Assembly: GCF_947568905.1 (NCBI RefSeq)
Contig: NC_079165.1
Coordinates: 60,450,001-60,514,000 of the forward strand
Source of the DNA: Ostrea edulis
Taxonomy: Eukaryota
Length of the DNA stretch: 64,000 nucleotides
Direction of reading: 5' to 3'
Shown here piece by piece: positions 1 through 11,594 of this stretch. A model generated the notes under the pieces. That model did not search any database. It was not told the DNA's origin and saw only the letters and a list, made by a program, of their open reading frames with translations. The translations under genes were made by a program, and so were the position numbers. Within the stretch, counting starts at the first letter, position 1. Each line of letters begins with the position of its first letter.

Positions 1-262
1 ATGAGACACTAATTTTTCAGTATCAAAGCAACTTTTTAATATGATTTGTCATAGATTAACTACAAAGTAATGTCAACTCTCTAATAAAATATTTCTTCAT
101 TGATTTCTTGAACAATGTGCTATAAAAAAATCTATGGCAGGGTATATAATTTTGAGGTTCAGGTCAGGTTAGCAGAAACAGCCATTTTTATTTTAGGCTT
201 AATCTGTGCATAAGCATTAATTAAGTTATTGTAAAATTCATTCCCTCCAGAGCAGGGGTTAA

Positions 263-1658
263 GGTAGATCGATCCTCATGTGATGTCATAGGTTTTTGCA
301 AAAATCTTTTTTAAATTAAACTTTGTGAATGATAGAATTATATCTTTAAAGAGGTTTGCACCTGATATATGGAGTAATGTCAATTTTTTGGGAAATGTAT
401 TTTTGATTTCTACATTGAGGGAGAATTAGGAAATTTTAAAAAGAAAAACTGGGATTGCAACTCCTGTTATTGAGCTACAGTGTTCTAAGCATGACCTTTT
501 TGCCCTTAAAATTTATTCAATTAAACTTGATTTGTCTGTTGGCATCAACACAACATAAGCAACACAAATCAATCATTACATAAAATAGATATAAATAATC
601 ATGTCTTCTAACACTACAGATAAAAAAAAAAAAGGTTTAAAACTAGTAATGGAAACAAATAATGACCTTTTTGCACTTGATAATATCAAAGTTGGGAGTT
701 TAAAAGGACATATTAGGAGTAATGTCAATTTCTAAAATTTTACATAATTGTCAAGGTCTGATCTTACAATTTAAAATGGAACTAAAAAAAAAGTGGGGGT
801 TGGAGATAAAAAATTTAATATTGGCGAAAATAGTGAATTTTTATACAAAAAAATCAAGTAAATTAGTTAAAACTTTTTTAAGAATCAGTGATCAGTTTGG
901 AAAAATATGTCAACCAAGTTGATAAATTACGATATTTGAACTAGTTCCAAGTCCACCTACCTGTATCATGAATTATAAAACTGAAATACATTTAAGGAGT
1001 ATAAAAATAGAAGATACATTGGATCAAACAGAAACTGTAATATCATGCAGATTTAGAACTTTTTGATTAATGAATCCTTCCACCACAAAATATAGTCTCT
1101 GCCAAATCCTTTCTAAATTTGAACGGACACCAAATTTTTCAACTGGATATGGTTCAGCATTAGATGTGTAATATGTTTTCACCAATGGGATCAGAATTGA
1201 ACCATTAAATACTTAGTTGTAGCATCCTGCACAGTTGTACTCAGAATTTAGCTACCTTCCTTAAGAGGAATTTTATTCACTGGGTAAAATAAAAAATTTG
1301 GTAAACTATTGATAGTGAAAAAGTTTATAACTCCTATGCTGGTATTTCTCTACCGTATGTCTCCCTAATAGCCACTCACAATTTATACATCCCAGTATTT
1401 ATAAATTAGCAATTTTTCTAAACTGTTGACATTAAAAATTTGTCATTTTAATAAGTTTTTAAAATCTATTATTCTGTTTTAAGAAAATGTGTGCAATCTG
1501 ATATTGACAGTTTATGTATGTCTGACATCTTGAAAAAGGTGGCTACATACATATTTTCTTTGGTTGTTAATTGAATTAATCTATTTTGAGTAGAAATTAA
1601 TACAGTTTTTCCACTTTCAACCATTGACATTGATAAGTCACATGAGGATGGAGCTACC
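263..1658. mobile_element. Non-autonomous TTAA-targeting DNA transposon (Kolobok-like MITE), 1.4 kb
   Basis: TTAA at 259-262 and 1659-1662. Left end GGTAGATCGATCCTCATGTGA vs reverse complement of right end GGTAGCTCCATCCTCATGTGA (19/21). GG...CC termini, no coding capacity. Confidence 0.75.
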
Positions 1659-3034
1659 TTAAGTTGAAAGTCAGCTTCTTTTTTACATGGCATCAAGCAG
1701 ACAAATGTTGCATGATTGAAACGAGCAGAAGGTTGTCCTCTACAATTTCTACAAAATGTCCAATAGACAAGTTTGTCAAGCTCCAGGATGGATCTATTTT
1801 AAATTTTAAAATCATATAATAGTTTGCAAGCATATTCCTTTATGCTGAATATGTATGTACTTAGTCTGACATATATAGTTTATGAAGATACAAATTGTTC
1901 AGCATTTTATTTTATAAATTTAATTTTAAAAACTTTAATTATGTCCATGTAGCACTTCAACTGAGAAAAATATGCATACCTGCAAGAGAAAGGTTGGTAT
2001 AGATTACGTTTAGTGCAGCCAGTTGTTATGGTAACACACATACTGTGAAGAAATTGTATGGTATCTAAACTATTGTAATAAGAGGATTGTACTGTACTGG
2101 TATCTAGGCCAAGTTTTACAGAAGGTCGTAAATTTTGTTGTTGACATAAATGTAGGCTATATGATTGATTTTAGTAAAAATGTCGACCATTAGAAATACG
2201 CACCTTAGTTAAGCATTCTAATCATTAAAAATGGTAAAATAAAATTTGAAAAATTTTCACCTCAAATCGTGTCCATGCCCTTTTAAATTCAAATTAATAT
2301 CTTTTGACTAACATAGAAAAATAAAGTTATCCAAAATTGTTGAACAATAGGATATTACCAAATTAAATGAAAGATTGTTTCCTACTCTTCTTCACAAAAA
2401 CTACATTATAGATTTCAGCTTTACCTATTTCATACATGAAACAATTGGTAGTTAAGATCTGATGGTTAAGTCTGTATTGAAACCATTGTAATATGCCATC
2501 TTTTGTTACCAGGAATGGACGATAGTAAATCTCTTTTAATCGTACATCAGTTATTTCAAAATATCTAGCCCACTTTTCTTTACCCTAAGGATTTACTACT
2601 GGTTTATTTAAGATCACGTACATAGGTTTGATCCTTTTCTAGTAAGAGCAAAGACTGATATTACAAGGAATCACTGGACTTTTGTATAAATCCAATCCTA
2701 CTAAAGTTAACATTTCTTAAATCCGATATAATTGTTTGTTTTACAGCATTGTGAGTTACATAATTTGTTTTGATATTTAAATTTAAATTAGTGACAAAAA
2801 ATTGCTATTTTCATCCAATATGTCCAGTACATGTTTTATGCCTTTTTGATACCAAGACTTATAGAAGACAATTTGTTTTTCAATTCTGAAATGTTTATTA
2901 TACCATAAAGGTTGACTGACATATTCATGCCAATTTATTTTCTTATAGATATAGCACACAGCAACAATGTTGTCAACATTTTAAAAGAGCAATCCCTGAG
3001 GGGCACAAATGGATAATAATATGAATATATGAAA

Positions 3035-3252
3035 GAGATGTTTAGGCATTGGATAATAATGAAGAGATGATTAGCCTGCATTGCATGATGATGAAGACAT
3101 GTTTAGGCATTATATAATAATGAAGACATGTTTAGGCATTATATAATAATGAAGACATGTTTAGGCATTATATAAGAATGAAAAGATGTTAAGGCATTAG
3201 GATAATAATGAAGAGATCTTAATGATGAAGAGATGTTAAGGCATTAGGAGAT
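3035..3252. repeat. Minisatellite, ~31-bp unit (GATGTTTAGGCATTATATATAATAATGAAGA-like), about 6-7 degenerate copies
   Basis: Direct tandem repetition visible in the sequence. Confidence 0.85.
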
Positions 3253-3257
3253 GTTAA

Positions 3258-3304
3258 ACGGACTGGTTCACATTTTTTGACAAAAATATTTTTCATTTTT
3301 GACA
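3258..3304 (+). mobile_element. Terminal fragment of the same Kolobok-like family as the element at 26665
   Basis: TTAA followed by ACGGACTGGTTCACATTTTTTGACAAAAATATTTTTCATTTTTGACATTAA, which closely matches 26665-26712. Confidence 0.7.
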
Positions 3305-3308
3305 TTAA

Positions 3309-3631
3309 AGGGAAAGGCAACCCTAACCACATATTTGCTTTTATGAATAAAGTATGGCTTACTGATATCGTAATTGACAGTCTTTAACAACAAAAATCCT
3401 AATTGATTAACAATTAAATCAATATTAATCTATCATGTATTTTAAATTACCCGCCGCTAAGAGAGTGGCCATTGAAGTCACACCGTCTATTCCGGTTTAT
3501 TTCATCATCAGCACTGTAAACATGACAAGTCACGAACAGTTAAGTTTGGAGCCGTATAGATTTGAGCCCGTTCTTTCGCAAGAAGAAATTGAGAAAAGAA
3601 GGCGTTCGATTGAGTCAAAGACAAGGCAGAC
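3309..3631 (+). mobile_element. Probable 5' remnant of a second TTAA/AGGG-terminus element with a short PYxFEP exon
   Basis: TTAA|AGGGAAAGGCAACCC start. ORF MTSHEQLSLEPYRFEPVLSQEEIEKRRRSIESKTRQT followed by a gtaaac donor. PYxFEP starts occur in P2RX7-C-terminus-like transposon accessory proteins (recalled). No right end found. Confidence 0.4.
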
Positions 3632-4643
3632 GGTAAACGTTCTTCATACAAATGTCTTGAACCTCAACTTGTCATTACGCAAATGATGGATCAACAGTTT
3701 ACATAGTCTTTTCTTTTCAAATGACTTGGTTGAGTCGGGAATTTCAGGGGAAAAAAACTTTATCCACATCTCCCCTTCACATTAGTGTAATTAACTGCTT
3801 GCCAGGAAGGCATTAACCTATTTATTCGTAAAATCTACCACATGCACAACTTTGATGATCTCACAGATGCTTGGGTTCATGACCCATATATAAGTATTCT
3901 AACCTTCCTGCTTTAGACATAAAACGTTCAGAACTGGATCCTGCGTGTACATATGTAATATACTTACATGCTGTATTCAGTAAGATGATTTTGAACAATG
4001 GAATATGATACTACAAGTACATGTCTTTGCTTTGTACACATTTCCTTTGCTTTACACTTGTAAGCTGTCTTGGTTACTGGGAGTACAAAACCAACAGTCT
4101 GGTACAATAGATTTACTACCAGACTGTTAACAGGCACTGTCCCTTGGTGCCCCCTGTAATCAAGTAAACAATTCACACCTTCTTTAACACTTCTACAATT
4201 GATCCTACATGTACATGTGTTTTATACTTGCATACTGTTCTTACTGAAATATAATTATACTGATTTGATTACAATTGCAATTTTATATGTATTCACATAA
4301 CACTATCATTATCTGCTATCCCAGAAACTGATGTGTGAAGCTATCAGGGTTATTTTATTTATCATGTTGTTAATTTAAATCTTGTCTGTAATCAGTATTT
4401 CATATATAATTATAGATATGTGCAGTGCAGAAGTGTGAACTCTGTCAGTATTACCAGTAGTACTTCTAAATGATTGTTATTTATTTTCATTGTTATAATT
4501 AATTGCCTGTTAACATGTACATGCCCCCCGAGGGCCCTTGATTGGTGAATAAACTAATATATATATATCTAGCCATGTCTATATTTCATAACATGATTTT
4601 CAGGCAGAATTTTTCTACAGGTCACTGAAAGTATTTGGTCACC

Positions 4644-7600
4644 ATGGACTTTAACCCTCAGCCCTGGCAGACTAGTGCAGAGACTGATCAACTGATCCAA
4701 GACCTGTTCGCTGGTCACCACACTACTAAAGTATGATACAGTACATGTAAAACTTATATAGAAAAAATAGATACCATTTTGAATTTGTTACATAGTGAAA
4801 GCTGCTTATTGTAGCTGACTTCAATTCTGCAATATGTAGATGTAAAAACTTGCTTAGTCATAATGACCATGGTGCAATTTTGTAGGTCCTAGAGTATGTT
4901 GTGTGTTTTATGTCCCTTAAAAATTCATTCATATTGAGATGTCACCAGCTGTTGTAGATGAAATACCACAAATTTATATGTATGCAAGGTGCTTAGGGCC
5001 TTAGTAGTGCTGTGACACTGGACCTTGTATTTTTTATAAAAGGTCATACACAGGGGCTAAGCCCATTTTGAGCCCAAACTCTGCTTTATGGTATCACAGA
5101 GTTCCCAAAACAGGCTTAGCCCCTTTGAGGTCATATCCAGAAGACCTGTGACTCTCCCTTCAAAATGTCCAGCATTTGGTGAAGGAACAGACACTACCTA
5201 TTTTTATGTCCTTCAGTTTGACATGGACAAGGTACAAGTGGGATCAAACCCACAAGGTCCTGGAGTAAAAATCACTTTGTCATTATAACCTTGATGTAAA
5301 TGAGTAGGTCCTGGTGTAAAAAAAAAATCCCATTGTCATTATGATTTTGTTTATATTATTTTCATTCACTGTAAAATGTTTAATAATTTGATATCATTTT
5401 ATTTTAAACAACTTATAATAATTTTTATGCCCCTGGGATCGAATATTGAGGAAAAAATTTTGTCTGTTTTTCTGCAGTTTTAACCTTGTTAACCTTTAAA
5501 ACTATGCAAGTTAGAGACTTCCTGTGTGGTCAGCTGAAAGGGGAAAAAATCAGAAGTTTCTGTGTTATATCATGTAGAGTCAAGGTCATGCCAAGGTCAG
5601 ATTTTCTAGATCATGATGGAGGACATGTTTCACAGACATCTTGTTCATGCATACAAATTTGAAATGGTCCACATTTTGCCTGTTAACATCAGGTGATATT
5701 GTTTGGTTTCTCACTGCAGGAAAAAGGAAAGAGAAAAAAAGTAAAAGAGAAGAAGAGGAGACAACAAGAGGTAGCTGACAAACCCGAGAAAACTGAGAGT
5801 TCAGATGTCAGGATTTCCAGTGTTCAAAGAAAGGGGAAGAAAAGAAAACATGGAGTAGGTAGCAGTGATGACAATTCTAAAAAAATGAAGAAGAATTTAG
5901 TAGAAAGTGTTGATTCGGTGTCTAATGCAGCAGAGATGAGCTGTGATTTTGAGTCAAAAACAACAAAGAGAAAGAAGAAAAAGAATAAGAAAAACAAGAA
6001 CAAATTTACGTTAGGAAATGATATAACAAGAAACCCTGGTGGGAAAAATTTCCAGAGGAAAGATATTAAAGTAAAAGAAACTTGTGAATCTGTGGAGGTA
6101 CCAGTGAAATGTGAAAATGTTAAAAATCTAAAGAAAATGAAGGGAAAAGTCAACAGTAAGAAGAGGAAGCTTGCAAATGGGAATGGAACAATGGAAGACA
6201 GGGGGTCAGCTCAAAGTGTGAACAGTAAAACAAGTGAAGAGCAAAGTGATACCAAATGTGACAGTCCATCAGAAGTCAGTGTGAAGAAGAGAAAGAAAAA
6301 GAAATCGAAAACAGATACCAATAGTGAGTCCGAAAGTAAACGTTTTGACAGAAATAGGACTGATTTTCAGAGTTCAGATGGAAAGAATAAGAAAAAGACA
6401 TTTAATCCAATGATACTGTCTGGTATGTTAACAACAAAATCTGAATCACAGAAGGCAGCAAGTAATGGTAAAAAGGGCAGCATCAGCGGTCATCAGGATG
6501 GAAATGAAGCCAGGAAGAAGAAAAAGAAGAAACAGAGAAACAACGATCTGGAAGAAGAAACTCATGAGGACTTACTCCCGAGGTCCCAGTCATCCCAGTC
6601 ACTGAAGGAGAGGTTGATGGAGCAGCTGAATTCAGCCCGGTTCCGCTACATCAACGAACAATTGTACACCCACACCGGTCAGGAGGCTCAGGAAATGTTT
6701 ACTGAGGATGAGGAAGCATTCCAGGTTTACCATCAGGGCTTCCAGACACAGGTCAACAAATGGCCTGTCAACCCAGTGGATGTTGTCATCAGAGATATCA
6801 AACAACTGTAGGTTTATACCACATCCCTGTAAATCACTGTATGTGTGCAGCTTTTATCTTGGTCATAACATTTCAAATTATACATTTATAGAAAAATAGA
6901 GACTCTATATTGGTAGCTCTACCCTCATGTGACTTATCAATATTATGGTTCAAAGGAAAACTGTATCAATTTGCACTTAATATAGTTTAATTCAATCAGT
7001 AACCAAAGACAATGTATATGTTACCACCTTCTTAAATATGTCAGCATCAGAAAGTCACACATTTTAAATAAACAATATAATATAGATATATAACAACTGG
7101 TTAAAATGACAAAATTTAAATATCAATAGTTTCATAAAACTGATACTGTGAAAATATATATAAATTAATTGCGGATATTAGGGCCGAGATCGAAAGTTCA
7201 ATGTGTGACAAAAAACCGATTCAGTTTTCACCAAGATCCTCCCACCCCCCTTAAAACTAAATATGATGAATGTTGAAACGAATCGATTAACAAGTAAAAA
7301 CATACAAGTATGAATAACACTCTCTATACCTTTTCTACTGTTTATTCACAATTGAAAGTGTACATTAAAACTATTAAATATTCATTAAAATGTAGTATTA
7401 TTATGTGGTTTTTAACAGTCACTAGTATTTTTTCTTTTTCCACTAAAGTGTAATCGATGTCAAATGACAGAAACTTACGGGAGTTTTTACCCCTTCCCCC
7501 TAACTATTTGAATTTTGATTTTTATCTGACATCGATCCTTAACGAAATCATTCATAATAGACATACAGAGAAAATACGAAGAGTTATTGCACTTTCTTAG

Positions 7601-9409
7601 CATCAAATTATTTACCAAATTTTTTATTATACCCTGTGAATAAAATTTCTTCAAAAGATATATTTCTATCATACACAAAGTTTAATTAAAGATTTTGCAA
7701 AAACCTACATCACATGAGGGTGGAGAAACCTTTTTAAAAAGCTATGCTACAAGTCAAGACCAATGGTCAACGCCAACATTAGACACTGCCATGTTGGGAG
7801 CAGTGATTCTCACCATCACATCTTGTTTGAAAATGCTAGCATGAAAATATTATCAGAATAATGTTCTAATATAATTTGGATAACTTCTCTGTATTCTAGA
7901 CCTCGTAACAGAGTGGTGGCCGACTTTGGTTGTGGAGATGCAAAACTTGCCAGAAGTGTTCCACAGAAAGTGCACTCGTTTGACTTGGTTGCACTGAATG
8001 ATTCTGTGACAGCTTGTGACATGTCTCATGTGAGGTTTCAACATGAAAATTTAACATAAAAACTGCATAAAAGTTTTTTGGCTACTGAAATTACACATAG
8101 TGTAGTTGTACTTTTGAAAGTAAGAACAGTAGAGGAATTTGAATTGAGCTATAATTTTCCGAACTTCAGGTTCCCCTTGATAATGGGAGTGTGGATGTAG
8201 CTGTTTTCTGTCTGTCACTGATGGGGACTAACCTTACAGATTATCTCACTGAGGCACACAGAGTTCTGAAAACTGGGTGAGGAAATTGATGAGAGACTTC
8301 AGATCTAAAACTGATATTTAACAGGATAACTTCTCAATGCAGAAGAATTATAATTCTACACAGCAAAACTAATCAAACCTCTGCTTAAGTTTTAAACTTC
8401 TAGGGCATCAAGTACTGTCCTTAAGACTAGCTTTCCATTCCATATATTTCGTAATTCACCCGAAATCATTTGTAGATGCACATCACATCCAGTACTTGTC
8501 TATTTTTATCATGTCATTTTCAGTGGACAACTTAAAATTGCTGAGGTTGCCAGTAGATTCCAGAGTCTTCCACAATTCCTGCTGAAAATTGAACAGTTTG
8601 GCTTCTACCAACTGTCAAAGGTAAATGCCACAATGACATTCTCTGTCTTACTGTACTTCTTAAGTTCAAGTTGAATAAACTTAAGATAAATATTCATTTT
8701 ATTGAACTTCTTTACTTATATGCAAGTTACATTTTTTAAAAATCATCAAAACTTTACAACAGCCTATGCGCGATCATAAGTTAAGATATTTTCTTAAGTT
8801 GTTTTCTTTCATCTAAATAAAAATGGTTACTCTCAAGCTGTTTCAGGACATTTTGAGAGAAAATGAAGACAACACACATTTTTAACTACTGGTACTTAAA
8901 AAGTAAAACAATTATATTTAGTAAAAAAAAATTTTTTATAACATATAAGAAGTTTTAATAGTAAAATTTTGCCAAGTGTTTATATTAAATCAATCTCTGA
9001 ATTTGTAATGTGTAAACATGTACACCAGTTCTCCAGCTGCTTGAACTCTTCATAGGAGTATGCCAATTACTTCTGGCCATCATTTAGGTTACCCCAGCCA
9101 GCTAGAGGTTCAGCAGCAACACTATATATATATATATATATATAGTATTTATTTTCATAACATTTTATTTTGTACATTTATTTTTTATCACTGCAGGTAA
9201 ATAAGGAGCATAGTCACATTAACAGAGGCTCTTACTTGTAGGAGTACATCTGTAGGAGTACATCTAAGTCATCCCTAATCATTATCTTTTTCTCTTTACA
9301 GGATACAACAAACAAAATGTTCTACATCTTTAATTTCAAGAAAAAGGGAAAACCTCAAGTCAAACCTCCAGTATTGACCCTCCAGCCTTGTGTGTACAAA
9401 AAGAGATAA
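4644..9409 (+). CDS. RRP8: Ribosomal RNA-processing protein 8 (nucleomethylin, 25S/28S rRNA m1A methyltransferase), 538 aa
   Basis: Exons 4644-4730, 5720-6807, 7900-8029, 8170-8276, 8524-8620, 9302-9409; all GT-AG and phase-consistent (1617 nt). Lys-rich N-terminus, then [29 protein letters not shown] motif [34 protein letters not shown] and terminal QPCVYKKR*. Confidence 0.95.
4890..5265 (-). mobile_element. Degenerate tRNA-derived SINE in RRP8 intron 1
   Basis: Minus strand carries a B-box-like GTGGGTTTGATCCC followed by GTCAAACTGAAGGACATAAAAATAGGTAGTG, similar to the SINE head at 52400-52545. Confidence 0.55.
6912..7730. mobile_element. Second, inverted member of the 263-1658 MITE family in RRP8 intron 2
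   Basis: Ends GGTAGCTCTACCCTCATGTGA and (rc) GGTTTCTCCACCCTCATGTGATG. The right end matches the left end of 263-1658 over about 70 bp. TSD is degenerate. Confidence 0.65.
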
Positions 9410-9747
9410 CACTCATTGATTCCTCAGGAAGAGTCGTTTTATTTGTTTAGCAGGATACAGCATTATGGGGGTTTGGTGGGTGAAAAATTTGACGACTTCA
9501 AGGGGAATGAAAGTATGTTATTAATTTTGATGGTTGTATATTGGCAATTTAAATTATATCTACTGTATAGATATAAAAAGGCTTAAAATTTGGTGGTTTT
9601 CATTTTGGAGATTTGGAACCTATCACCAAAACAGACCAAAATTAGCAACTCGCCAAAAATCACCCACAATGAGGTCTTGTTTTTACAATGGTGCAAAGAA
9701 TGCAATATATGAATAAATAGTTTTAAATACAAGCATCTTTTTATCTT

Positions 9748-11559
9748 TTAAATGTCCATATCATCAGACTCCTCTCCTTTAGGGTTCAGGAAGTCACTGA
9801 CCCGAACTCCGGTTTTGTTAATAGCCAAGATCGGTTTCATGGCTGCCATCATGCTGTTGTACAAATTTGGAAACAGAATTTCCTGAGCTGCCAGTAACTG
9901 CTTGGTTCTGTGTCTTTCCTGTAGATGAGAATGATAGAATATAAAACCATTTATTAATACCTGTCTAGTAGAATGTACTTGCTGCATAATACACAGGTAA
10001 TAGAGATACGGGTGTTATAAAGAATATATGTGCATGTGTAAACATATTAAGACAAGCATAAACTAGGTTAACATAACATGACATATGATTTCTGCTAAAT
10101 TTGGGGAGGGGAGAGACACGCCTATGAGCTATTCATGCCTTACTAACAGCTTTAAAAAGGTTACATAACAATATTACCTAGGTTCAATACGTTGGTTTCA
10201 AGATACATGTATGTCTGAGTTATTTCCCTTTGGAGAACTCTCGTACATAGTAAGGTGCAAAACAACTTGTTTACATGCGGGAATAGGTGAATGTGCTCAG
10301 TAAGTTTCTCATAAGCTGTTTCATCACCCAAATTTAACTGTTACATTCTACTATTTTCAAAGTGTGCAAAGAAGAATTGTAAAACTTGAAATTACCAAAA
10401 TTGGGGGTTTACGTATTTAAGAGACCATTTTGCAAAATATCTCTGGTCAACTATGGTAAAATATGTTTTTTTGTTAACCTTAGATATAATTCTAAATATT
10501 TTAAAAGAAAAACTGGGATGTAAACAATTTAGATTTTGAGAATTTTTGAAAATTGCGATATTTTGTGATTTTTTCCTGAAGGATGTGAGCAGATTAAACA
10601 GCAATTGTGTATGTTTTCAATTGAATATCTTTAAAAATTCTCTCAGTAAATGAATATATATTGGTTTATGTAAATTATAGCATAATATGATGTGTTTTGG
10701 TGCATAAATTAATAAAACATGAGATTGTGCATCTTTGTGTTAAATTTTGGATTTGGGGGTATATGTGCTCTGTAGCACATAATATAAAAATAAGCCTGCT
10801 AAGGTTGGTCTAATATGGGTTTTTTAGTTAGTTTATGAGTAGTTAAAGTTATTTAGATGAAAAAAAAATTTGATTGACAGAAATTTCTAATAGTATTTAC
10901 CTACCTTAAATACTTGGAATTCTTACAATATCATGTTATTCCGTTGCACCTACTTATCACATCTAGGATTTTACTTGCAAATATGGCATTGTATTTATGT
11001 TCCCACTTTAGCAAAACATTTCTTTTAATAGAATTTTATATTTCCTACATTAAATATTTAAAGAGAAATCAGTTTTAAAACATTTTATCATCTTTCCCAC
11101 TGACTGTAAGAGCCACTCTGTCCCACTTAAGCATTCAAAGTTCCACTAAATGCAACTCCTACACAGGAGAGCTCTAATCTCGAAACTGGTGTATAGGGGG
11201 TAATAGATAATGGGCTCATTCTGGATTGTTATAAAAACACCTTTATGATGGGGCAAATTCCATACCTTTGGTGCTTCAAAACAAGCAGGACAATTTTCAG
11301 CAATAACTGGCAATTTATTCTGAAAGAATGAAATGGAAAACAAGTAAAGATACATGTATGCATTAACTAAAATTAACTATAAAGTGTTCAGATACTGCTA
11401 TATACCAGTATTTCTTTTTCTACTTGTTAAATTGTGTTCTACCCAAATTGAAACGAAAAGTAAATGCCATAAATTGTAATGAATCCTAAGGGCCACAATG
11501 ACCACATGGGGCTCACCAGTTTCTTTATGTCTGGTCTCAATAGTAACCCGACTATGAAC

Positions 11560-11594
<35 letters not shown>

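Noticed and set aside
1469-1850. Exon-like minus-strand stretch and 75-aa ORF
   Set aside because: Contains a stop, has no recognisable motif, and its apparent donor is the TIR of the 263-1658 MITE.
5824-6153. 109-aa Phe-rich minus-strand ORF
   Set aside because: Antisense shadow of the Lys-rich RRP8 exon.
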